Source: Anaerovoracaceae bacterium
Lineage (GTDB): Bacteria > Bacillota > Clostridia > Peptostreptococcales > Anaerovoracaceae
Length of the DNA stretch: 64,000 nucleotides
Direction: 5' to 3'
Assembly: GCA_045604065.1 (NCBI GenBank)
Contig: JAZUNH010000059.1
Location: 37,216 to 101,215 of the forward strand
The notes under the pieces are model-generated. The model ran no database searches. It worked only from the letters and a program-made list of their open reading frames with translations, and was not told the DNA's origin. A program made the translations under genes and the position numbers. Each line of letters begins with the position of its first letter. Position 1 is the stretch's first letter. Below, in pieces: positions 9,028 to 18,920 of this stretch.

Positions 9028-11898
9028 ATGAGTTTGATTTTCAGGAAAACCAAGGAGGCTGAAAAACCACAGCGTAAAAAGAGCGTGATCATCCTGCTTC
9101 TACTGGCGGGGATCATGCTTCTTTTCCTTGCGTCCAACTTTATCACGGACTGGATGTGGTTTGCCGAGGTGAAGTACATAAGCGTGTTCTTTAAGGGCAT
9201 CGTTACGCAGCTTGTCATAGGGGTGCCTGTGTTTGCCGCTGTCTTTTTCGCGACAGACGTATACCTCAGGATGATAAAGCAGAGATACTTCAACAGCGTG
9301 AGATCAGACGCCGAGCCTGACAGGAAGAAGCTCAGCAGGATCACGAACGCGGTCGCGGCGGGATTCTCCCTGCTGGTTGCGTACATCACCGCGTCGTCAC
9401 TCTGGTATGACGGCCTGATGTTCGGCAGCGCGACGGACTTCGGCATCAAAGACCCTATCTTCAGGCACGATGTGTCATTCTACATCTTCAGGTATGAGTT
9501 CCTGAAGGACCTTGACGCGCTTCTCATAACCATAACGTTCCTGTATCTGGCGCTCACGCTCGGGTACTACTGCGTCCTCATAGTCATGAGGAGGCCTGTC
9601 GTATTCGACGAGTATATAAACGAAACGTCAAACGAGCCGCCGCACGGTGATTTCGACGGCACTCCGTTCGGGAGATTCGCCGGACAGATGGGAGGCAATA
9701 TCCCGAACTTCAGGAAGGTGAGATACATTTCCAAGGAAAAGACGAGCGAGCTGTTCGAGTCGGCTTCGACGCAGCTCGTTATACTCGGCGTCGTATTCTT
9801 CCTGCTTCTCGCGTTCGATTTCACGATGAGGCAGTATGATCTTCTCCACGTCCATCTCGGGGTGGTCTACGGAGCAGGATTCACGGCGTCTACCGTAGTG
9901 CTGTGGACATTCCGCGTGCTCGCCGTGCTCGCGGTCGCGGGAGCTGCAGCGATCGCTTTGTTCCTGAAGAAAAAGCAGTTCAAGAAGATCGCGCTCGTGC
10001 CTCTCGCGATGGCTGTCGCGGCCGGGATCGGGATAATACTATCGATCGTGGTGCAGAGCTACGTCGTGTCGCCTGACGAGCTGAACAAGGAGACAAAGTA
10101 CCTGAAGAGAAACATCGAGTTCACGCAGCACGCCTACGGGCTGAAGGACGTGGACGTCAAGGCTTTCAGCTCTGCGAACGACCTGGACGCTGAGGCGATA
10201 AACGAGAACAGCCAGACGATATCGAACGTCAGGATAAACGATTACGTGCCTGTCAACACGTTCTACAACCAGACGCAGAGCATCAGGCAGTATTACACGT
10301 TCAACGACGTGGACGTGGACAGATACGTCATAAACGGCGAGCTGACGCAGACATACCTGGCGGTCAGGGAGATAGACGACCAGAAGATATCCAACACGTG
10401 GCTGAACCGGCACATCAAATACACGCACGGCTACGGCGTTACGCTGTCGAGGGTGGACACGGTCACCGCGAGCGGCCAGCCTGACGTGCTGATCAAGAAT
10501 ATCCCGCCGGAATCTTCGGTGGATACCATATCCGTAGGACAGCCGAGGATCTACTTCGGAGAGATGACCAACGACTACTCCCTCGTGAACACAAACGAGG
10601 ACGAGTTCGACTATCCTGACGGGGACAAGAACAAATACACGAGATATGAAGGCAAGGCGGGGATAAAGCTCAACCTGTTCGCGAGGATCATGTTCGCGAT
10701 CAGGGAGAAGAGCCTTAAGCTCCTCGTGTCAACGAACATAAAGAACGACTCGAAGATCCTGGAGAACAGGAACGTGATAAAGCGTGTAACGACGATATTC
10801 CCGCACATCAAATACGAGCAGGATCCGTACTGCGTGGCTGTGAACGGGAAGCTCTACTGGATCGTTGACGCGTTCACGACGAGCCGCCACTATCCTTACT
10901 CCGAGCCGTATTCCGGCATGATCGGAGGAGACAATTACGTAAAGAATTCGATCAAAGTCATCGTGGACGCTTACGACGGGACCGTCGACTACTACATCGT
11001 GGACGATACCGACCCTATCGCGCTCACGCTGAAGAAGATATACCCGAAGCTCTTCAAAGACGGCAGCGAGATGCCTGAGGAGCTCAGGGAGCACATAAGG
11101 TATCCGTCAGATCTGTTCCAGATCCAGGCGCAGATCTATACGAGATACCATATGAACAACGTAAAGGTGTTCTACCAGCAGGAAGACATGTGGGACATAG
11201 CGGACGAGATCTACGGGACGGAAGAGAGCCCGATGAGATCCAACTACTATATCGTAAAGCTGCCGGGAGAGAAGGACGCCGAGTTCATCAACCAGATCCC
11301 GTTCACTCCTAAGTCGAAGCAGAACATGACGGCGCTCATGATCGCGAGGAACGACGGGGACGGCTACGGGAAGCTGGTCCTGTACAAGCTCCCGAAGAGC
11401 AAGACGGTCTACGGCCCGATGCAGGTCGAGGCGCAGATAGACCAGAACACAGAGATATCCCAGGACTTTTCCCTCTGGAGCCAGTCCGGGTCCAAATACA
11501 GCAGGGGCAACATGTTCGTAGTCCCTGTGAACGATTCGCTTCTGTACATCGAGCCTGTATATCTGGAGGCGTCCAATTCGGCGATCCCGGAGATGAAGAG
11601 GGTCATCGTGATGTACAATGACAGGATCGCGTACCAGCCTACTTTAGGAGACTGCCTGAAAGAACTCTTCGGAGTCTCGGGCGGCACCGTGACAAGCAGG
11701 ACGGCGAAGAAGGAACCGGGCTCAAAAGACGGAAATGGCGAGGAAAGCAGCAAAGACGCATCAACCCCTGAGGATCTCGCAAAAGCCGCTCAGAACGCAT
11801 ATAAGAAGGCCCAGGAGGCCCTCAAGGACGGAGACTGGGCGAAATACGGAGAATATATGGATGAGCTTGAGGAATACCTCGGAAAGCTCGCCGGGTAA
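9028..11898 (+). CDS. UPF0182 family membrane protein
   Basis: ITDWMWFAEV, DPIFRHDVSFY, RINDY, YTHGYG, PRIYFGE, IRYPSDLF, LLYIEPVYL motifs; 956 aa with multiple TMs. True start may be TTG 9034 by RBS spacing. Confidence 0.9.
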   Translation: MSLIFRKTKEAEKPQRKKSVIILLLLAGIMLLFLASNFITDWMWFAEVKYISVFFKGIVTQLVIGVPVFAAVFFATDVYLRMIKQRYFNSVRSDAEPDRKKLSRITNAVAAGFSLLVAYITASSLWYDGLMFGSATDFGIKDPIFRHDVSFYIFRYEFLKDLDALLITITFLYLALTLGYYCVLIVMRRPVVFDEYINETSNEPPHGDFDGTPFGRFAGQMGGNIPNFRKVRYISKEKTSELFESASTQLVILGVVFFLLLAFDFTMRQYDLLHVHLGVVYGAGFTASTVVLWTFRVLAVLAVAGAAAIALFLKKKQFKKIALVPLAMAVAAGIGIILSIVVQSYVVSPDELNKETKYLKRNIEFTQHAYGLKDVDVKAFSSANDLDAEAINENSQTISNVRINDYVPVNTFYNQTQSIRQYYTFNDVDVDRYVINGELTQTYLAVREIDDQKISNTWLNRHIKYTHGYGVTLSRVDTVTASGQPDVLIKNIPPESSVDTISVGQPRIYFGEMTNDYSLVNTNEDEFDYPDGDKNKYTRYEGKAGIKLNLFARIMFAIREKSLKLLVSTNIKNDSKILENRNVIKRVTTIFPHIKYEQDPYCVAVNGKLYWIVDAFTTSRHYPYSEPYSGMIGGDNYVKNSIKVIVDAYDGTVDYYIVDDTDPIALTLKKIYPKLFKDGSEMPEELREHIRYPSDLFQIQAQIYTRYHMNNVKVFYQQEDMWDIADEIYGTEESPMRSNYYIVKLPGEKDAEFINQIPFTPKSKQNMTALMIARNDGDGYGKLVLYKLPKSKTVYGPMQVEAQIDQNTEISQDFSLWSQSGSKYSRGNMFVVPVNDSLLYIEPVYLEASNSAIPEMKRVIVMYNDRIAYQPTLGDCLKELFGVSGGTVTSRTAKKEPGSKDGNGEESSKDASTPEDLAKAAQNAYKKAQEALKDGDWAKYGEYMDELEEYLGKLAG

Positions 11899-11909
11899 GG
11901 AGCCGTCAG

Positions 11910-13829
11910 ATGTTGGATTTTGATTTTGACAAGATGCTGTTCACGATCCCGAAGGATCAGCACGATCCGGCAAGCCTGAGAAAGCTGCTGGACGAGCATA
12001 AGGAAGTGCACTTCGTCTCCTTTGTCGGGATAGATATTGCGGGACACGACACGGATGAGAAGATACCGGTCGGGCTCTTCATGAGAGACATGGAGAACAT
12101 GCTGAGGCACGGAGTCCAGACAGACGGGTCATCCGTAGCGCTGCCTAAGATCGCAGACCTCGGGAACGCGAAGGTGGACATCATACCTGACCCGGACGTG
12201 AACTGGTACGTGGACTATAACTACCAGTACATCGGATGGCACACGAGGCTCCCTGTCGGTACCCTGAGGATACCGTCGTTCCTCGTGCATAACGACGCGT
12301 TTGAATGCGGATCCAGGGCGGCGCTGAGAAACGCCGTAAGATATTTCAAGAGCGAGATCATGAAAGAGCTCCGCGAGCACCCGTATGTCTTTGAGAACAT
12401 ACAGGGGGCGAACAGCGTGGACGACATAGAGGACATAATCATCACGTCCGCGACGGAGCTTGAGTTCTGGGTCAGGACGCCGGATGAGAAGGGCGACAGA
12501 GAGCAGCTCTTCACGGCGCAGATGCTTAAAGAGCAGTACTGGAAGAGGACATACGGAGATGTGAGAACGGCTCTTGAAGAGACTCTCGTGATGCTTGACA
12601 AATACGGCCTCAGCATCGAGATGGGCCATAAGGAAGTCGGCGGCGTCCAGGCGAAGATGAAGAACAGCGGCCATTACGACCATGTGATGGAGCAGCTGGA
12701 GATAGACTGGAGGTACGCGGACGCCCTGCAGGCTGCGGACAACGAGAGGCACATAAAATACGTCATACGCGACCTGTTCACGCAGCACGGCCTGGACGTG
12801 ACATTCATGGCCAAGCCGTTCCCTGACGTCGCGGGAAGCGGAGAGCATACGCACATAGGGATCGCGGCAAAGCTGAAGAGCGGGGAGACGGTGAGCCTTC
12901 TGGCTCCGGCCGACATGACGAGGGACTTCATGAGCCCTGTCGGATTCGGGGCGCTCATGGGCCTTTTGAAGAACTATGAGGTCATCAATCCGTTCATCAG
13001 CTCGTCGAACGACTCAATGAACAGGCTGAAGCCCGGATACGAGGCGCCGGTCTGCATAGTGACGTCGCTCGGCCACTCGGTAAGCATGCCTTCAAGGAAC
13101 AGGACGGTCCTCGTGGGACTCGTAAGGGACGTTTACGCGCCTCTCGCTACGAGGTTCGAGCTGAGGTCGCCTAATCCTAAGAGCAACACATACCTCGTTC
13201 TTGCCGCGTCGTACCTCGCGGTGATGGACGGAATAAGGGCCGCGCTCGCGGAGGAGAAGACGTCCGCGGAGCTCGAGAAGTCCCTCTCCAAGAAATACGG
13301 CGAGGAGGACTTCTACCTCGAGGCGGACAGACAGTACAGGAGCGAGGAAGACGTCTTCACGTACTATACCGAGGAGGACAGGGACAGGCTGTTCGGAAGA
13401 GCGCCTGAGACCGTATGGCAGAACCTCAAGGCTTTTGATAAGTATCCTGAGAAGATGAGGATATTCAAGGGCGGAGAAGTCATGCCTGAGAAGATTCTCG
13501 AGTCGTTCAGGGAGCAGACGACAGAGCAGTGGGCGACCGAGATATACAACAGGCTCGTTCCGGAGACTATGGACTTCATAAGATCGTGTGTCAAGCTGCA
13601 CGACGTGAAGGACTTCAACGACGTGGACGTGCAGAACTGGCTGGAGATAGAGAGGCTGAAGAGGTCTCTCGGGCAGAACACTCTGGAGCAGGACTGCCTG
13701 CTGACAGAGATCAAGCGCGCCCTGGACGAGAAGCGCTACGACGACGCTTCGGATCTTCAGATCGAGATCAAAGCCAGGAAAGAAGAGCTGATGAATCTAT
13801 ATGCAGAATACCAGAAGAATCTGCTGTAA
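11910..13829 (+). CDS. glnA: Glutamine synthetase-family protein (long clostridial type)
   Basis: ELEFW, HKEVG, EQLEID, MAKP...GSGEHTH, RLKPGYEAP, NRTVLV and RFELRSP catalytic motifs; 639 aa. Confidence 0.8.
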   Translation: MLDFDFDKMLFTIPKDQHDPASLRKLLDEHKEVHFVSFVGIDIAGHDTDEKIPVGLFMRDMENMLRHGVQTDGSSVALPKIADLGNAKVDIIPDPDVNWYVDYNYQYIGWHTRLPVGTLRIPSFLVHNDAFECGSRAALRNAVRYFKSEIMKELREHPYVFENIQGANSVDDIEDIIITSATELEFWVRTPDEKGDREQLFTAQMLKEQYWKRTYGDVRTALEETLVMLDKYGLSIEMGHKEVGGVQAKMKNSGHYDHVMEQLEIDWRYADALQAADNERHIKYVIRDLFTQHGLDVTFMAKPFPDVAGSGEHTHIGIAAKLKSGETVSLLAPADMTRDFMSPVGFGALMGLLKNYEVINPFISSSNDSMNRLKPGYEAPVCIVTSLGHSVSMPSRNRTVLVGLVRDVYAPLATRFELRSPNPKSNTYLVLAASYLAVMDGIRAALAEEKTSAELEKSLSKKYGEEDFYLEADRQYRSEEDVFTYYTEEDRDRLFGRAPETVWQNLKAFDKYPEKMRIFKGGEVMPEKILESFREQTTEQWATEIYNRLVPETMDFIRSCVKLHDVKDFNDVDVQNWLEIERLKRSLGQNTLEQDCLLTEIKRALDEKRYDDASDLQIEIKARKEELMNLYAEYQKNLL

Positions 13830-13862
13830 TATATATTAAAGCAAAACCAGGAGGAAAGAGAA

Positions 13863-15146
13863 ATGCTGGACATCAAGCGCATCAGAGAGGACTATGAGGG
13901 AGTAAAGGAAAGAGTCGAGTTCCGCGGAAAGGGAAGCTTCGGCATCGAGAACGTGAAGAAGTACGACGAGGAGCGCCGTGAGCTTCTTGCGGAAGTGGAA
14001 CAGAAGAGGAGCCGTCAGAACGCGGTGTCAAGAGAGATCCCTAAGCTGAAGAAAGAGGGCAAGGACACCACGTACATCATGGCGGAGATGAAGGAGCTCT
14101 CGGCAGAGATCAAGGATGAGAGCGCGAAGCTTTCGGATATCGAGCAGAAGCTCCATGAAGCTCTTCTCGGAGTGCCTAACACGCCGTATGAGGACGTCCA
14201 GTATGGAGAAGACGATACAGCGAACGTAGAGCTGAGGAAATGGGGCGAGCCTACTGAGTTCAGCTTTGAGCCTAAGGCTCACTGGGACATCGGCACAGAC
14301 CTGGATATCCTCGACTTTGACCGCGCGGCAAAGATCGCGGGGACGAGGTTCACGGTATACAAAGGGCTCGGCGCCCGTCTAGAGAGAGCGGTCATGAACT
14401 TCATGCTTGACCTCCACACGATCGAGCAGGACTACAGAGAGATCTTCCCGCCGTTCATGGTCAACAGAGACGCGATGATCGGAACGGGACAGCTCCCTAA
14501 GTTCGAAGAGGACATGTTCTATGTCCCGCAGAAGGACTTCTTCCTCATCCCGACAGCCGAGGTGCCTGTGACGAACCTGAGAGCGAATGAGATCATAGAT
14601 GAGTCAGAGCTGCCGATCCACTACACGGCCTACACCGCATGCTTCAGGGCTGAGGCTGGATCCGCCGGAAGAGATACGAGAGGCATCATCAGACAGCATC
14701 AGTTCAACAAGGTGGAGCTCGTCAAGTTCACGAAGCCGGAAGACTCATGGAATGAGCTTGAGTCGCTCACGAACGACGCCGAGGAAGTGCTGAGGAGGCT
14801 CGGGCTCCCGTATCATGTGGTACGCCTGTCATCCGGAGATCTCGGATTCTCATCGGCCATGACGTACGACATCGAGGTATGGATGCCTAGCTACGGCAGA
14901 TACGTCGAGATATCATCATGCTCCAACTTCCTCGATTACCAGGCGAGGAGAGCCAACATCAGGTTCAGGAGAGCGGGCGGAAAGCCTGAGTTCGTACATA
15001 CGCTGAACGGTTCGGGCCTCGCGATCGGAAGGACGACAGCCGCCATCCTCGAGAATTACCAGCAGGAAGACGGAAGCGTAGTGGTTCCAGAGGCCCTGAG
15101 GAAGTACATGGGCGGAGCCGAAGTCATCAAGAAGGACGAGTTCTAG
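13863..15146 (+). CDS. serS: Serine--tRNA ligase
   Basis: [10 protein letters not shown]-terminus with coiled coil; [49 protein letters not shown]. Confidence 0.98.
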   Translation: MLDIKRIREDYEGVKERVEFRGKGSFGIENVKKYDEERRELLAEVEQKRSRQNAVSREIPKLKKEGKDTTYIMAEMKELSAEIKDESAKLSDIEQKLHEALLGVPNTPYEDVQYGEDDTANVELRKWGEPTEFSFEPKAHWDIGTDLDILDFDRAAKIAGTRFTVYKGLGARLERAVMNFMLDLHTIEQDYREIFPPFMVNRDAMIGTGQLPKFEEDMFYVPQKDFFLIPTAEVPVTNLRANEIIDESELPIHYTAYTACFRAEAGSAGRDTRGIIRQHQFNKVELVKFTKPEDSWNELESLTNDAEEVLRRLGLPYHVVRLSSGDLGFSSAMTYDIEVWMPSYGRYVEISSCSNFLDYQARRANIRFRRAGGKPEFVHTLNGSGLAIGRTTAAILENYQQEDGSVVVPEALRKYMGGAEVIKKDEF

Positions 15147-15157
15147 AAAAAGGGTAA

Positions 15158-16684
15158 ATGAAGCAGACAGCTACCAAAATATTCAATACGGTATTCAGCC
15201 GCTTCAACATCACCATACTATTGGTATTACTGCAGGCAGGGTATTTTGCCCTGCTTGTTTTCCGCTTGAGCGGCTATGCGGACTGGATACGTGTCGTAGT
15301 GGCAGTGCTCGCCGTAGCCACATGCATATTCATCATGTGGCGCGATTACAATCCGGCGTATAAGATAAGCTGGATGTTCTTTATCGGGCTGCTGCCGTCT
15401 CTTGGCGTGCTGTGCTATATACTGTTCGGCGACAAGAGGCCGTCGAGGAGGATGAGGAAGACGCTTGCCCCGCAGGAGAAAGAGCACGCGGGCGATCTGA
15501 GGCAGAAGGACAGCCTGAGCTGTCTGGAAGGGAAAAGAGCCCTCGGCACCTGCAGCTACCTGAAGGAGGCAAGCATGTATCCCGCGTGGGAGAATACCGG
15601 CGCGAAGTACTATCCTCTGGGAGACGACATGCTCACGGACCTTATCGCCGACCTCAAAGCCGCGAAGAAGTTCATATTCCTCGAATACTTCATAATCGGC
15701 GAGGGATACATGTGGGATACCATCGAGGGGATCCTTAAGGAAAAAGCGAAGGAAGGCGTCGACGTAAGAGTGGTGTACGACGACATCGGAAGCATGAAGG
15801 TGCTGCCTAAGAACTTCAACAGAAGGCTGGAGGACAGCATGATCAGAGTGATCACGTTCAACGCCGTGCTTCCTATCCTTTCGTTCGCATATAATAACAG
15901 AGACCACAGGAAGATCGCCGTGATCGACGGGAACGTCGGATACACAGGAGGCGTGAACCTTTCGGACGAATATATAAACAGAGTCGAGAGATTCGGGCAC
16001 TGGAAAGACGCGGCGGTAAGGATCGAGGGGAACGCGGTGTGGAACTTCACCGTGATGTTCCTCAACATCTGGAACGCGTTCAGGAAGACAGACGCTGACT
16101 ACGACAGGTTCAGGCCAAAGGCCGCGGAAGCAAAAGAGCCGGGCGTCGTCCAGCCATACTGTGACTCGCCTCTTGACGAGGAGCACGTGGGCAAGTTCGT
16201 ATATCTGGACTTGATAAACCAGGCGGAGAAGTACCTTTACATATTCACCCCGTATCTTCTGATCGACAGCGAGATGCAGACCGCTCTCGAGCTTGCGGCA
16301 AAGCGCGGCGTGGACGTCAGGATAGTGACGCCTCATATCCCCGACAAGCCGCTGGTGTTCGCGATCACGAGGTCGTATTACGAGCCTCTTGTCGCGGCCG
16401 GGGTCAAGATAATGGAGTACACGCCGGGATTCGTACATTCAAAGGTGTTCATAGCAGACGGCAGGATCGCTACCGTCGGTACGGTGAACGTCGACTTCAG
16501 GAGCTTCTTCCTCCACTTTGAGGACGGGACGCTTCTTATCGATACGCCTTGCATAGAAGACATCAGGAATGACTTTGAAGAGACGTTCGCAAAGTGCACT
16601 CCGGTGACTCCTAACTTCATGAGCGAGAGATTCATCGGAAGGGTGATAGGCATGTTCCTGAGGGTGCTCAGCCCGCTGATGTAA
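15158..16684 (+). CDS. cls: Cardiolipin synthase
   Basis: Two PLD HKD motifs (RDHRKIAVIDG, FVHSKVFIADG) and N-terminal TM segments. Confidence 0.93.
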   Translation: MKQTATKIFNTVFSRFNITILLVLLQAGYFALLVFRLSGYADWIRVVVAVLAVATCIFIMWRDYNPAYKISWMFFIGLLPSLGVLCYILFGDKRPSRRMRKTLAPQEKEHAGDLRQKDSLSCLEGKRALGTCSYLKEASMYPAWENTGAKYYPLGDDMLTDLIADLKAAKKFIFLEYFIIGEGYMWDTIEGILKEKAKEGVDVRVVYDDIGSMKVLPKNFNRRLEDSMIRVITFNAVLPILSFAYNNRDHRKIAVIDGNVGYTGGVNLSDEYINRVERFGHWKDAAVRIEGNAVWNFTVMFLNIWNAFRKTDADYDRFRPKAAEAKEPGVVQPYCDSPLDEEHVGKFVYLDLINQAEKYLYIFTPYLLIDSEMQTALELAAKRGVDVRIVTPHIPDKPLVFAITRSYYEPLVAAGVKIMEYTPGFVHSKVFIADGRIATVGTVNVDFRSFFLHFEDGTLLIDTPCIEDIRNDFEETFAKCTPVTPNFMSERFIGRVIGMFLRVLSPLM

Positions 16685-16696
16685 AAGGACAACAGG

Positions 16697-17893
16697 ATGA
16701 AAGAAGATCTGGCCGCGTTCCTCGCGGCGCACAGAGAAGAAGAGAAAGCGTCGTTCCACATGCCCGGGCATAAGGGCATGGCGTTCTTCGCGCGCCTCGG
16801 ATACGGAGATCATATGCAGGATCTTCCCGACATGGACGTCACAGAGATACCGGGTGCTGACGACCTCCGGCACGCTGACGGGCATATCAGAAAGATCGCG
16901 GACGACTACTCTGAGTTCTACGGAAGCAGAAGGTCGTTCATATCGGTCAACGGGAGCAGCGCGCTCATAATGGCGGCGATAATGTCGGCCGTAAAAGAAG
17001 GGCGCCTGATAGCCGCGGCGAACAGCCATATCTCGGTCGTCAACGGAGCGAAACTTTCGGGAGCGGATGTCGTATTCCTGGAGCCTTCCCTCTTCAGCCT
17101 TGACGCCGTATCCGTCCCTGGACAGATGGAAAGCGGGAAGAGCGGCATAAGCAGAAAAGAAGCTGCGGCTTTTATGGACAGGTACGAGGACGCTGCCGCG
17201 GTGATCATACCGAGCCCGGATTATCTCGGCGTTGTGAGCGACGTCAGGGGAATAGCGGAAGAAGCGCATAAGAGGGACAAGATCCTGATCGTGGACCAGG
17301 CGCACGGAGCCCATCTCATGATGTTCAGCCGCGCCGGCCTGTGCGGAGAGTCCGGGGGAATGCCTGTGCCGGCGGAGGAGCTCGGAGCCGATATCGTGAT
17401 AGACAGCACACATAAGACGACGGCGTCGTTCACTCAGTCAGCCGTCGCGAACATATTCGGGGACAAAGCTGACCCGGAGTCGTTTGAAGAGTCGCTCATC
17501 ACGCTGGAAAGCACGAGCCCGTCGTACATACTGATGGATTCCCTCGCGCTGAACGCTGAGATAATGAGGGAGCGCGGTAAAGAGCTCGCTCTTTCATGGA
17601 AGTCAGACCTTGACTTTTTCTATGACAGAGTCAGGGATATAAAAGGAGTCTCGGTCCTGACCGGAGACGAAGTAAGAGCCTGCGGCGCGGGATTCGACAG
17701 GACAAAGCTGGTCATCGACTTCAGCAAAGCCGGGATCAGCGGTAAGGAAGCGGAAGAAAAGCTCATGAAAAGGGGCGTGTTCCCTGAGTTCAGCTCGGGA
17801 AGCATCGTCCTCTGCATGACCGGGATCGGCAGTGTCCGGGCCGACTACGAGCTTCTTCTTCAGGCGCTCATGGATATAGCGGGAGAAGCGTAG
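16697..17893 (+). CDS. Orn/Lys/Arg decarboxylase-like PLP enzyme (C-terminally short)
   Basis: SFHMPGHKG, DVTEIPGADDL, NGSS, DQAHGAH, DSTHKT (PLP lysine) and STSPSYILM motifs. Confidence 0.85.
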   Translation: MKEDLAAFLAAHREEEKASFHMPGHKGMAFFARLGYGDHMQDLPDMDVTEIPGADDLRHADGHIRKIADDYSEFYGSRRSFISVNGSSALIMAAIMSAVKEGRLIAAANSHISVVNGAKLSGADVVFLEPSLFSLDAVSVPGQMESGKSGISRKEAAAFMDRYEDAAAVIIPSPDYLGVVSDVRGIAEEAHKRDKILIVDQAHGAHLMMFSRAGLCGESGGMPVPAEELGADIVIDSTHKTTASFTQSAVANIFGDKADPESFEESLITLESTSPSYILMDSLALNAEIMRERGKELALSWKSDLDFFYDRVRDIKGVSVLTGDEVRACGAGFDRTKLVIDFSKAGISGKEAEEKLMKRGVFPEFSSGSIVLCMTGIGSVRADYELLLQALMDIAGEA

Positions 17894-17897
17894 CGGA

Positions 17898-18920
17898 ATG
17901 GAGACGCAGATGAACAGAAGGATCCCGGAGCCGGGGTCATATGAGATGCAGAAAAAGATGGTCATCATGCTGGCGGCACTTACGCCTTCCCTCATGATGG
18001 GCGTATATATATTCGGGGTAAGCATGCTTATCCTTACAATCGTGTGCGCGGCGGCGTGCGAGGCTTTCGCGTGGGCATGCGACACGGTAATGAAGAGAAA
18101 GCAGACGGCTGACGACTTTTCGGCCGCTGTGACCGGCGTCATACTAGCGTTCAGCCTTCCGGCGAGGTTCCCTGTATGGACTGCCATACTCGGCTGCTTT
18201 GTCGCCATAGTCATGTTCAGAGAAGCGCTCAGGGGCTTCGGCGAGAAGGTCGCCTGCCCCGCCATGGGAGCGAGGGTGTTCCTTACGCTAATGTTCACAA
18301 AGGAGATAACGGAGTTCCCTCTGAACGATTTTGTGAAGACGCCGGGAGATGAGCCCGGAGCTCTTACGGGGAAGACTCCTCTCGGACTTCTCCTTTACGA
18401 CAAAGAGCTGCCGGGTCTCCTCAGGATGTTCATAGGGTTCGTCAGCGGGCCGTGCGGCGCTGTAAGCGTAGCCGCGGTCCTGATAGGCGGCCTGTATCTG
18501 GTATGGAAGAAAGTAGTCAGGCCTGAGATCCCTGCCGGGACGGTGATGACGATGTTCGTTATAATGACAGCGTATTACGCAGTTTCAGGAACTCCGGCAG
18601 ACGTCACGAACAGCGCTTCAGGCGTTTTCGGCATGGGAGTCTACCACATCTTCGCGGGAGGACTCATGTTCACGGCGTTCTTCTGCGCCGGACTTTACGG
18701 AGACCTTCTCGATACGAGGAAGAAGGCGCTGATATACGCGTGCGGCGTGGGAGCTGTGACCGCGGGATTCAGGCTGTTCGGCCCGTTCGAGGACGGCGCG
18801 GCTTTCGCGGTGTTGATAATGGACGCCGTGATGTACGCGATAGACCGCTCCGGCTTTGCGGAGCGCCTGGCGGACGCCGGGGAAACAGAGGAGACACAGG
18901 AAGGGAAAGAAGATAAATGA
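17898..18920 (+). CDS. RnfD/NqrB-like membrane protein, stand-alone
   Basis: D(F)SAAVTGVILAFSLP, GFGEKVACPAMGARVFL, TGKTPL, G..SGPCG.VS.AAVLIGG.YL, GGLMFTAFF; multiple TMs. Confidence 0.8.
   Translation: METQMNRRIPEPGSYEMQKKMVIMLAALTPSLMMGVYIFGVSMLILTIVCAAACEAFAWACDTVMKRKQTADDFSAAVTGVILAFSLPARFPVWTAILGCFVAIVMFREALRGFGEKVACPAMGARVFLTLMFTKEITEFPLNDFVKTPGDEPGALTGKTPLGLLLYDKELPGLLRMFIGFVSGPCGAVSVAAVLIGGLYLVWKKVVRPEIPAGTVMTMFVIMTAYYAVSGTPADVTNSASGVFGMGVYHIFAGGLMFTAFFCAGLYGDLLDTRKKALIYACGVGAVTAGFRLFGPFEDGAAFAVLIMDAVMYAIDRSGFAERLADAGETEETQEGKEDK

Noticed and set aside
13830-13862. T-box leaders before serS and glnS
   Set aside because: The gaps (33 bp here, 51 bp before glnS) are too short and contain no T-box consensus.
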